Virus record (IMG/VR): IMGVR_UViG_3300035667_000002
Length of the DNA: 63,101 nucleotides
Reading direction: 5' to 3' (one strand)
From: a virus
Shown: one piece after another, positions 49,451 to 57,985 of the stretch
How the letters are laid out: every line of letters begins with the position of its first letter
How positions within the stretch are numbered: the first letter of the stretch is position 1
The notes under the pieces: model-generated
The model's input: only the letters and a program-made list of their open reading frames with translations
Told to the model about the DNA's origin: nothing
The model's database searches: none
Translations under genes and position numbers: made by a program

Positions 49451-50395
49451 ATGGATGAAGTCAGGAACGAGCGCCGACCGCTCGACTTGAGCGACGCGAT
49501 CCGGGCCAACATGGCCGCCGGACTGCCTGCCGCTGGACCGGTGGCCATGGTCAGTCACACCGACCCGGCACCGCTGGACGCGGTGGCCAGCCGGTTCGTG
49601 GAGACCCTCGGTCGGGAGTACCGGCTCCACGTGGAGCGGGTGGCCGAGCTGGACTCGCGTCTGGTGGTGGCGACTCAGGACCGAGACGCCACGCGGGCCG
49701 AGCGTGACGCGGCCAGGGCCGAGGTCAAGCGGATCCAGGACGACCGTAGCCACGTGTGCACCGAGGGATGCTCGCTCGGCCGGCACGTGGCGTTCCAGGG
49801 CCGCAAGCTGGTGGACCAGCTCACCGAGGAGCGCAACAACGCGCGCAAGATGCGCGACGAGACCCTCAACCGGATTGAGATCGTGGCTCGGGAGCGGGAC
49901 GTGGCGGTGGCCACGATCGAGGAGAAGGACGCCCAGATCGACTTCCTGATCGAGGAGCGCGACCGGTACCGCGAGGAGATGCTCCGGCGCTACACGACCG
50001 CCCAGGTGGGCGACGCTCAGGCCAGCGAGGCCGAGCTGGTGGCCAAGCCGCTCCGCGCGACGATCGCGCGGCTCCGGGACCGGGTGGCCAACCTGGAGCA
50101 CTCGAACGCGCTCACCCTGGACCGGAACACCGAACTCCAGGGCTACCTCGATTGCCGCGAGCGCCGGCAGAACGCGGCCGAGGCCGAGGTGGCCTCGCTC
50201 GCGCTCACCGTGGACACGCTGCGCGAGTGCTTCCGCAAGGTCGAGGACTCGGTAACGAGCGAGAAGGTAGGCAGGGCCCTGGACACCCCGCCGGCTGTTC
50301 GGCGGGCCGACCACCTGGCGGACGCGGTGCGCCAGGTCCGTCACGAGATCCGCCGCATCACCGCGCGCCCGATCGTCTCCCCCAACCAGCACTAG
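49451..50395 (+). CDS. coiled-coil protein
   Basis: Long heptad-like Arg/Glu-rich helices. The start is ATG 49451 or TTG 49442. Confidence 0.55.
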   Translation: MDEVRNERRPLDLSDAIRANMAAGLPAAGPVAMVSHTDPAPLDAVASRFVETLGREYRLHVERVAELDSRLVVATQDRDATRAERDAARAEVKRIQDDRSHVCTEGCSLGRHVAFQGRKLVDQLTEERNNARKMRDETLNRIEIVARERDVAVATIEEKDAQIDFLIEERDRYREEMLRRYTTAQVGDAQASEAELVAKPLRATIARLRDRVANLEHSNALTLDRNTELQGYLDCRERRQNAAEAEVASLALTVDTLRECFRKVEDSVTSEKVGRALDTPPAVRRADHLADAVRQVRHEIRRITARPIVSPNQH

Positions 50396-50406
50396 GGTTC
50401 AAACCC

Positions 50407-50435
50407 GGGGCCGGCCGCCGCACGTGGCCGGCCCC
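50407..50435 (+). terminator. hairpin
   Basis: GGGGCCGGCC-9 nt-GGCCGGCCCC, after 49451..50395. Confidence 0.5.
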
Positions 50436-50462
50436 GAGCCGATCAGAGAGGCAAGATCAGAG

Positions 50463-53400
50463 ATGACGGACGGGATTCGCGAGGATGAGCGCCGGCTGGT
50501 TGAGGGTGTCGAACTTCTCAAGGTGACCGAGGGCAAGATCGAGCCCGACCCGATCAAGGGGGAGCTGACCGCCGCTCACGAGGACTACCTCCGGGCGCAC
50601 GCGATCGAGCTGGACGTGGCGGTGGCCCTCGGGGTTCGGTCGATCACCGGCAAGCACGACATGGCCGAGCTGGACGACCCGTGGCCCAGCTACTCGAACT
50701 TTCCGGCGGTGCTGTTCCCGTGGACCAGCCCTGGCGGCCGGGTCGAGATCCAGGTCCGCCCGGATGAGCCGACCATCGACCAGAACGGCCGGCCCAAAAA
50801 GTACATGTTCCGGATCGGGATGAACCCGGTCCTCTGGGCCGTCCGCGTGGTGCCCACCGCTGAGCGCATCCTGATCGTGGAAGGCACCAAGCAGTGCTTG
50901 GCCGCCGCCAGTTACGCGCCGGCCGGTGTGTCGGTCTACGGCATGGCCGGTTGCCGGATGTGGGCCAAGGACGGCGTGCCGCTCCCGGACCTCGCGGTGG
51001 CCGATGGCAAGGACGTGGTGGTCCTGCTCGACGCGGACGCGGCCAGCAACCTGGACGTGTTCCGGGCCGGCACCGGGCTGGCCGAGGCCCTCATGGCCGA
51101 GGGCGCCAGCAAGGTCTCGTTCGGCCGTCTCCCCGGTGGCGGTGGCAAGGCCGGACTTGACGACTTGCTGTCAACCAAAGAGCCCGAGCGCCGCGCCGGC
51201 TACCTGGAGCGGATCATCGAGACCGCCAAGGCCAAGCCCGCCGACGCGCGGCCGACCGGCAAGAGCAAAGACCAGGACCGGCCGGGGGCCGAGGACCGGG
51301 TAACCCTGGTGGTCAACAAAGACCGGTTCACCGTGATCAACGATCTGGCCGGCGCGCTGATCGGCCGGTGGGACGGACAGCGGCTGTTCAACCACGGGGG
51401 AGTGATCTCCCAGCTCGACGGCACCCGCATGGTCCCGGTGGACCGGGGCACGGCGCGCGACGTGATCCAGGAAACGTGCGTGACCGTCAAAGAGAACAAC
51501 GGCGCCCAGGGGACCACCTACTCGTTCGAGTGGCCCGACGGCAACGCCATCGCGGCGGTCATGAGCAAGGCCAGCAAGTTCTCCCCCCTGGACCGGATCG
51601 CACACGCGCCGTTCGTGCGCCCGGACGGCTCCGTCGTCCTGGAACCCGGCTACGACCCGGAGACCCGGACCATGCTCATGAAGGACCCGGAGCTGGCCGG
51701 CCTGGTGGTGCCCGAGAACCCGACACCGGCCGAGATCCAGGCCGCGCGCGTGCTGTTGATGGACGAGTGGCTCGGGGACTTCCCGTTCGCCACCGACACC
51801 GACAAGGCCAACTGTCTGGCCCTACTGGTCACTCCCGCGATCCGTGGTCTGGTCCCGCACGCGCCCCTGGCGGTCATCGATGGCCTCCAGATGGGTGTGG
51901 GCAAGAACCTGTTGGTGGACTCGCTGCTCACGGTCTACACCGGGGAGCCGGCGCGGCCGATGAACTGGGTCGATGACACCGAGGAGCTGCGCAAGCAGAT
52001 CACGAGTGCGTTCCGCACCGGTCAAGAGTTCTTCGTGTTCGATGAGGCCCACACGCTCCAGGGGGCACCGCTCGCGCAGGCCCTGACCGCCGCCACCTGG
52101 CAGGACCGCATCCTCGGTGTCTCGACCATGGCGGAGTTCCCGAACCGCGTCACGTGGGTGAGCCTCGGGAATCAGGTCCAGGTCAAAGGCGACATCACCC
52201 GGCGTGTCTACCGGATCGCGCTCCGGCCGAACTACGACAACCCCCAGGATCGGCCCTCATCAATGTTCCGGCACCCTGGCCAGTCGGGGCTCGACCTCGG
52301 GGCCTGGACCCGCAAGCACCGCCGGGATCTCCTGGTGGCCATCCTGACCTTGGTCCGGGCCTGGTTCGCGGCCGGCCAGCCGTACACCCGGCGCGGCTCC
52401 TCGTTCGGTTCGTTCGAGACCTGGGAGAAGTTCGCGGGTGGCGTGGTCCAGACCGCCGGCCTCCCGGGGTTCCTGGAGAACATCTCCGCGTGGCGCTCGG
52501 AGTCGGACTTTGACTCGCAGTATTGGATCGGACACATGACGTGGCTGACCGAGGTGTTCGGGACCACGCCGTTCCGGACCTCCGAGGTGCGTAACAAGGC
52601 CCTCGCGGATACGGCCAACTACCTGGCCCCGCCGAACCTGGACGACCTGGCGGACAAGAAGTACGGCAAGCAACTGGGGGAGGCGTACTCCCGGCTCAAG
52701 GGCCGGCGCTACGAGGGCCACCGCATCGAGCGCGTGGGCTACGCGCACGGCCACGTGACGCTCTGGCGGGTTCACGCTCCTGGTGACACGGCAGAGGTCG
52801 TGACGGTGCCCCCGGTCCCACCGGCTCCCGAGCCCGAGCCGGCTCCGCCGGCCGATCCGGTAGCCGAGAGCCTGGACGTGTTGGAGGGTTCATTCCAGCG
52901 CGCGGCCGAGCGGTTCGTGGACACCATGACCGACGGCCGGCCGTTCTCCGACGTGCTCGCGCTCGACCTGGAGGCCGGTGACGCGGACGACCTTCACCGC
53001 CACGGCCCTGGGTACGTGACCCTGGCGGGCATCGCCTCGGACGAGAACGAGATCGAGATCGACGGCTCCAGTCCGGCCACGTTCGCGGTGAGCGCCATCG
53101 CGGGCGCCACGATCACCACCGGGCACAACATCATGGCGTTCGACCTCCCCGCACTCGTGCACGAGGGCGTGCTGGACATGCCGACCATCCACGAGTTCGC
53201 GGCCGGCGGCCGGTTCGTTGACACGCTCCTGTTGGCCCGCTACCTGGACCCCCCGATGGCCCGGGAGAAAGGTGTCGACCACACCCGCCGGTACGACCTG
53301 GATTCGCTGGCCGAGCGGCTCGGGCTCGGCCGTAAGGACGACGCGGGCAAGGCCCTGGCCAAGAAGTACGGCGGTTGGGGGAGCATTCCCACCGACCCGG

Positions 53401-54701
53401 ACACCGAGGACGGGGCCGCGTTCCGGAGCTACCTGCACCAGGACGTGAACCTCTCTCGCCAGGTCTACGCGACCTTGCTGGAGCAGTCCGGCGGCACCGT
53501 GCCGGAGTACGTGGCCCGGGAACACCGGGTGGCGGCCATCGCGGCTCAGATCAGCTACAACGGGTTCCGCGTGGACCGTGAGGTCCTGGCCGAGCGGATC
53601 GCGGCGATCAACGCCCAGAAGGCCGTGGCCATGAACTGGCTCGCCAGCAACATCGGGCTACCGCTGGAGGACGGGCGCGGCAAGGTCTACGCCTCCCCCG
53701 TGGGCACGAAGGTGGGCAAAGAGCGGTTGGAGCAGGCGCTCCGGGCGGCCGGGGCCACCTCGATCTGGCGGACCGAGAAGTCCGGCCAGCTCGACATCAG
53801 CTCAGACCACATGCGCCACCTGGCCAGCGAGTATGGGCACCTCCCGATGGTCAAGGCCATCGCGGAGAACGTGTACCGGATCGTGTCGGCGCGCTCGGTG
53901 TTCGAGACCGTCAACAACCACCTGATCGGGGACCGCGTCCACCCGAAGATCGGATTCGATCAGGCCACCGGTCGCTGGTCCGTGACCTCGCCAGGGCTCA
54001 CCGTGCTGGGCAAGCGCAACGGCCGGCACACCGAGCGCGCGGTGTTCCTCCCCGAGCCCGGCCACGTCGTGATGACGGCCGACCTCTCCCAGGTCGACAT
54101 GCGGGCCATCGCCGGTCTGAGCCAGGACCCGGCCTATATCCAGATGCTCAAGACCGACGACCCGCACTCAGAGATCGCACTGGCCCTGTTCGGGGACGTC
54201 AAGCGGCGCGACGAGGCCAAGGCCATCGGGCACGGCTGGAACTACGGTCGCTCGATCAGGGCCATCTCCGAGGGGAACGAGATCGATCCCGCGCTGGTGG
54301 TGCAATTCGACCGCTCGATGCGCGACCGGTTCGGCCGGCTGGTCGAGTGGCGCGAGGAGATCCGGACCCTTGCGGGTTCGGGGGCACTGCTGGACAACGG
54401 GTTCGGCCGGCTCATGCGGGCAGACCCCCAGCGCGCACACACCCAGGGGCCGGCGCTCATGGGCCAGGGAGCGGCGCGAGACATCATGATGACCGGCCTG
54501 TTGGCGTTGCCGGCGGAGATCCTCCCCATGCTCCGGGCCCAGATCCATGACGAGATCGTGTTGAGCGTGCCGGCGGCTGACGCGCCCGAGGTGGCTCGCG
54601 CCGTGGTCGAGGCGCTCTCGTTCGAGTGGCGCGGCGTGCCGATCACGGCTGACACCGGGCCGTTCGGGTCCGACTGGTCCAAGTGCTACGAGAAGGGATA
54701 G
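50463..54701 (+). CDS. fusion protein: Toprim-like primase domain + P-loop-like NTPase + 3'-5' exonuclease + family A DNA polymerase
   Basis: Toprim: ILIVEGTKQ and VVLLDADAASN. NTPase: GVGKN and FVFDEAH. Exonuclease: LDLE, GHNIMAFDLPAL, YLHQDVNLS. Pol I motifs A, B and C: DLSQVDMRAIA, RDEAKAIGHGWNYG, IHDEIV. Confidence 0.85.
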   Translation: MTDGIREDERRLVEGVELLKVTEGKIEPDPIKGELTAAHEDYLRAHAIELDVAVALGVRSITGKHDMAELDDPWPSYSNFPAVLFPWTSPGGRVEIQVRPDEPTIDQNGRPKKYMFRIGMNPVLWAVRVVPTAERILIVEGTKQCLAAASYAPAGVSVYGMAGCRMWAKDGVPLPDLAVADGKDVVVLLDADAASNLDVFRAGTGLAEALMAEGASKVSFGRLPGGGGKAGLDDLLSTKEPERRAGYLERIIETAKAKPADARPTGKSKDQDRPGAEDRVTLVVNKDRFTVINDLAGALIGRWDGQRLFNHGGVISQLDGTRMVPVDRGTARDVIQETCVTVKENNGAQGTTYSFEWPDGNAIAAVMSKASKFSPLDRIAHAPFVRPDGSVVLEPGYDPETRTMLMKDPELAGLVVPENPTPAEIQAARVLLMDEWLGDFPFATDTDKANCLALLVTPAIRGLVPHAPLAVIDGLQMGVGKNLLVDSLLTVYTGEPARPMNWVDDTEELRKQITSAFRTGQEFFVFDEAHTLQGAPLAQALTAATWQDRILGVSTMAEFPNRVTWVSLGNQVQVKGDITRRVYRIALRPNYDNPQDRPSSMFRHPGQSGLDLGAWTRKHRRDLLVAILTLVRAWFAAGQPYTRRGSSFGSFETWEKFAGGVVQTAGLPGFLENISAWRSESDFDSQYWIGHMTWLTEVFGTTPFRTSEVRNKALADTANYLAPPNLDDLADKKYGKQLGEAYSRLKGRRYEGHRIERVGYAHGHVTLWRVHAPGDTAEVVTVPPVPPAPEPEPAPPADPVAESLDVLEGSFQRAAERFVDTMTDGRPFSDVLALDLEAGDADDLHRHGPGYVTLAGIASDENEIEIDGSSPATFAVSAIAGATITTGHNIMAFDLPALVHEGVLDMPTIHEFAAGGRFVDTLLLARYLDPPMAREKGVDHTRRYDLDSLAERLGLGRKDDAGKALAKKYGGWGSIPTDPDTEDGAAFRSYLHQDVNLSRQVYATLLEQSGGTVPEYVAREHRVAAIAAQISYNGFRVDREVLAERIAAINAQKAVAMNWLASNIGLPLEDGRGKVYASPVGTKVGKERLEQALRAAGATSIWRTEKSGQLDISSDHMRHLASEYGHLPMVKAIAENVYRIVSARSVFETVNNHLIGDRVHPKIGFDQATGRWSVTSPGLTVLGKRNGRHTERAVFLPEPGHVVMTADLSQVDMRAIAGLSQDPAYIQMLKTDDPHSEIALALFGDVKRRDEAKAIGHGWNYGRSIRAISEGNEIDPALVVQFDRSMRDRFGRLVEWREEIRTLAGSGALLDNGFGRLMRADPQRAHTQGPALMGQGAARDIMMTGLLALPAEILPMLRAQIHDEIVLSVPAADAPEVARAVVEALSFEWRGVPITADTGPFGSDWSKCYEKG
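51157..51174. promoter_or_regulatory. intragenic operator-like palindrome
   Basis: TTGACgacttgctGTCAA in the polymerase fusion gene. Confidence 0.45.
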
Positions 54702-54704
54702 ACC

Positions 54705-54854
54705 GTGTTCGATCAGATCAAGTGCTGGTTCGGCCGGCACCTCCGCCGGTATTACACCGATGGCCCGTGGCGGGTGCGCGAGTGCACCCGGTGCGGCCGG
54801 CGGTGGCGGCGCGAGCGGTACGACATGACGTTGGTCTGGGTGCGTATCCGATGA
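54705..54854 (+). CDS. small Arg/Trp-rich protein with CxxC (49 aa)
   Basis: Translated by hand. High GC3. GTG lies 4 nt after the pol stop. Below the ORF-track cut-off. Confidence 0.4.
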   Translation: MFDQIKCWFGRHLRRYYTDGPWRVRECTRCGRRWRRERYDMTLVWVRIR

Positions 54855-55045
54855 CCGAGGACCACGAACACCGGTCCGTGCGGGTGCCGGTGAGCCAGCT
54901 CCCGGAGACCGTCCAGGCTCAGATCGCGGTGGCCACGCGCCATCCGCAATGCCTGATCACAGGCAAGCACGCCGAACACCAGATGTACCGAGCCACCCGA
55001 GCCGGTTTCCGGTGTGGTGGGACCCCCAAGCCCCCACGGGCCTGA
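54851..55045 (+). CDS. hypothetical protein (64 aa)
   Basis: ATGA overlap with the upstream gene. Confidence 0.45.
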   Translation: MTEDHEHRSVRVPVSQLPETVQAQIAVATRHPQCLITGKHAEHQMYRATRAGFRCGGTPKPPRA

Positions 55046-55059
55046 CACTTAAACGTCAC
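55042..55059. promoter_or_regulatory. operator-like palindrome (no -10)
   Basis: cTGACacttaaacGTCAc. The promoter-type centre is followed directly by the RBS of 55079..56032. Confidence 0.45.
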
Positions 55060-55078
55060 GATCAGAGGAGCGAGAATC

Positions 55079-56032
55079 ATGACAGAGCAGGACAATCACC
55101 CAGACCCGTACGCGCCCGTCTGGGGGGAGCAGAACCCGGGAGATGACACGCGGGTGATCCGGCCGATCGCGGCCCAGAACGTGGTCCAGCCCGGCCAGGA
55201 GATCAGGTACCGCGACGGCAAGGCCGAGGTGGTCTGGTCCGACCCGCAGGCCCCGCCGCTCTGGCACACCGCCGCCGCCTACGGCGCACCCCGCCAGCCG
55301 ATGCCGGCGCGCCGGCCCCCGGAGGGCTACGGGCCGCCGCCGGAACTGCGCGACCTCCAGGCCCAGAACCCCGAGATCGACCTGAGCGCGGTCAGCAAGC
55401 CCAAGCGGCGGCGCTGGGTCCCGTGGCTGATCGGTGCGCTGGTGGTCATGGTGGCCGGATGCGTCCTCGGGATCGCGGGGCTCGGGCTCCTGGCGGGCTC
55501 GGAGCCGGACGGCGCGGCGCCGATCGGCGAGTCCAGCGCCGCGCCGGTTGCCGGCAAGGTCGCGCCGACCAAGGCGGCCGAGCGCGGTACGCGTGCCAAC
55601 CCCTACCGGGCCGGCCAGCGCTTCACCCTCCCCGAGTGGGAGGCCAGCCTCGGTAAGACCACCTCGGGCGCGGCGGCGGTCAGGGCCGTGACCAAGGCGA
55701 ACACGTTCAACGAGAAGCCCAAGGCCGGCAACACGTTCGTGATGGTCAAGGCCACGGTCAAGCACACCGAGGGCGACCCGATGATGCCGTGGTTGGGGAT
55801 CTCGATGGGCTTCCTCGGCAAGAACGGCGTGGTCTACGGCAAGGGCTCGGCCGACTCGTATTGCGGTGTGGAGCCAGCGCCGGCCCTGGACGACGCGGGG
55901 GAGCTTTACCCTGGCGCGTCGGCCTCGGGCAACGTGTGCGTCCAGGTCCCGACCTCCCAGGTGGCCGGCGGTGTGTGGACCGTGGAGTCCCTGTTCCGCG
56001 CGGATGAGCGTCGATTCGTCGCCCAGAAGTAG
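55079..56032 (+). CDS. membrane-anchored protein with DUF4352-like ectodomain
   Basis: Pro-rich N-terminus, one TM helix, then an ...NTFVMVKATVKHTEG...GNVCVQVP beta-rich domain. Confidence 0.55.
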   Translation: MTEQDNHPDPYAPVWGEQNPGDDTRVIRPIAAQNVVQPGQEIRYRDGKAEVVWSDPQAPPLWHTAAAYGAPRQPMPARRPPEGYGPPPELRDLQAQNPEIDLSAVSKPKRRRWVPWLIGALVVMVAGCVLGIAGLGLLAGSEPDGAAPIGESSAAPVAGKVAPTKAAERGTRANPYRAGQRFTLPEWEASLGKTTSGAAAVRAVTKANTFNEKPKAGNTFVMVKATVKHTEGDPMMPWLGISMGFLGKNGVVYGKGSADSYCGVEPAPALDDAGELYPGASASGNVCVQVPTSQVAGGVWTVESLFRADERRFVAQK

Positions 56033-56083
56033 GAACCTGTGGTACCGTTCGCTACCGATCACAACCACTACGGAAGGATCAAC

Positions 56084-56914
56084 ATGCTCCGCAAGCTCAA
56101 GGCCCTGGTGGCGCTGGCCGCCGGAACCGGCCTGGTGGTCGGCCTCGCGCTGGTCGGCCTGGCCGGCCCGGCACTCGCGACCGACGGCAACGGCACCGTG
56201 AAGCCCGTCTACTCGACGTGCACCGCCGCGCCGGAGATCAAGAAGTGGTACGGCCACGATGACGAGTCGGCGCTGTTCGCGAACGTGTCGAGCATCGAGA
56301 AAGGTCTCCGGTTCAACGGCGCGAGCCTGGCGCACCACGCGCTTCCGGCTACCAAGCTGGCCGACCTCCCCAAGCACGCCGAGGTGACCACGGTCAACGT
56401 GACCGGGGCAAAGCCGCTGTTCAAGATCCGCACGGACGCGCCGTTCTCGACCCTGAACGAGGGGGAGCTGGGCTGGTGGTCCTCCAAGATCGCACCCGGT
56501 GACTCGGGCGGCCAGGACCACCCGCTCGCGGGTCCGGCGAACTTCGTGGACCTGCCGCTCACCAACACGGCGGCGCTGGACGACGTCTACACGGCGGACA
56601 CCGTGGGTGTCGATATCCAGCTCGGGTACGCCACCGACACCGGCAACGCGGCCACGGTGACCAAGTTGGTCTACGCGGGCGACACGCACACGTTCGCGTG
56701 CCCAAAGCCGATCCCGCACCCGGCCGGTTCGGCCACCGGCAAGCCCAAGCCCAAGCCTGCGGTCAAGGTGACCAAGAGCCCGTTGCCGGAGCTGGCCCTG
56801 ACCGGTGAAGAGGGCGGCACCAACTGGCCGGCCCGCATCGGCGCGGTTGGCTTCCTGGTCCTGGTGGTCGGTTCGTTCGCGGTCTACGCGACGCGGCCCC
56901 GCGCTCGGGGTTAG
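56084..56914 (+). CDS. secreted cell-wall-anchored protein with LAxTG sortase signal
   Basis: N-terminal signal peptide (…GPALA), then C-terminal LALTG (nt 56792..56806), a hydrophobic helix and RPRARG. Confidence 0.65.
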   Translation: MLRKLKALVALAAGTGLVVGLALVGLAGPALATDGNGTVKPVYSTCTAAPEIKKWYGHDDESALFANVSSIEKGLRFNGASLAHHALPATKLADLPKHAEVTTVNVTGAKPLFKIRTDAPFSTLNEGELGWWSSKIAPGDSGGQDHPLAGPANFVDLPLTNTAALDDVYTADTVGVDIQLGYATDTGNAATVTKLVYAGDTHTFACPKPIPHPAGSATGKPKPKPAVKVTKSPLPELALTGEEGGTNWPARIGAVGFLVLVVGSFAVYATRPRARG

Positions 56915-56984
56915 GATCGGTCAGCTCTCCATAGCGCTCTACCCGCGCGGCCCCTCGTCTCTGATCCGAGGACGGCGCGCACGG

Positions 56985-57023
56985 CCGAGGCCCGGACCCT
57001 ATTCGCGGGGGTCCGGGCCTCGG
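56985..57023 (+). terminator. strong hairpin
   Basis: CCGAGGCCCGGACCC-9 nt-GGGTCCGGGCCTCGG, 15-bp stem after 56084..56914. Confidence 0.55.
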
Positions 57024-57039
57024 TGTATCCAGGCCACGA

Positions 57040-57077
57040 GAAAGGCCCAACCCCGGAAGCACGGTGCTGGGCCTTTC
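57040..57077 (+). terminator. second hairpin
   Basis: GAAAGGCCCA-18 nt-TGGGCCTTTC. Confidence 0.45.
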
Positions 57078-57214
57078 ACGGTGGCCGCCGGACGGTCCCC
57101 CGATCCTTCTGATCGGGTGGTGTCGCGCCAGGACTTGCTCCGGCGGCCGACCCGAACCATACGGCATGGCTGTCAGGTTGTGCCACCTGAGATGTCCCCC
57201 GGTACTGTGAAGGT

Positions 57215-57985
57215 GTGCCAGTACCCCGGAAGTACCCCGTCCTTGCGCGCAACGACGCGCCGGTCCCGAACCCCGGCAACGCCCGGTGGTGCGAGACCCA
57301 CGGCCGGCTGGAGTGCACCAAGAACAAGCACGGCCGGGTGCCCTGTCACGCCATCGCGATCAAGGGCACCGACGCGTGCACCACCCATGCGGGCAAGGTC
57401 AAAGAGCTGGCCATCGAGCTGGGCCAGGCCACGATCACCGCGTGGACCGCGACCGGCACCCCGACGATCGACCACCGCCTCACCGTGCTGCGCGTGCTGG
57501 AGATGTCGTGGTTACGGCTCCAGGCGTACGCGCGCATCCTGCAAACCCAGGTGGTCAAGGATGGCGAGAGCACCGAGGGCGACGACAACACCCACGCCAC
57601 CGAAGAGGTCCAGGGCTCCGGCCTGATCGGCTACCGGTACGGCATGGGCGGCAAGGATGGGATCGTCTACCGGCAGACCGAAGAGGTCCGCGCGCTGGTG
57701 ATCCTGGAGGCGGCCGAGCGGGACCGCGTGGTCCGGTACGCCAAGACGGCCCACGACATGGGGATCTCGGACCGGATGCTCGACATCGCGGCCACCTGGA
57801 CCCAGACCACCACCGGCAAGGTGATGAGCCTGCTGGACGCGCTCCAGCTCACGCCCGAGCAGTGGGACCGGGTGCCGGCCCTGATCGACATCCATTTCAG
57901 TGCCATCGAGAACGACCCGGGGAACCCGATCAAGGCCATCGCGGCGGTAGGCGCGGCGGTAGGCGGCGCGGTGTTCGATGAGTGA
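57215..57985 (+). CDS. terminase small subunit (putative)
   Basis: Lies directly upstream of the large terminase and overlaps it. N-terminal Cys/His cluster (CETHGRLEC...CH...CTTH). Confidence 0.4.
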   Translation: MPVPRKYPVLARNDAPVPNPGNARWCETHGRLECTKNKHGRVPCHAIAIKGTDACTTHAGKVKELAIELGQATITAWTATGTPTIDHRLTVLRVLEMSWLRLQAYARILQTQVVKDGESTEGDDNTHATEEVQGSGLIGYRYGMGGKDGIVYRQTEEVRALVILEAAERDRVVRYAKTAHDMGISDRMLDIAATWTQTTTGKVMSLLDALQLTPEQWDRVPALIDIHFSAIENDPGNPIKAIAAVGAAVGGAVFDE

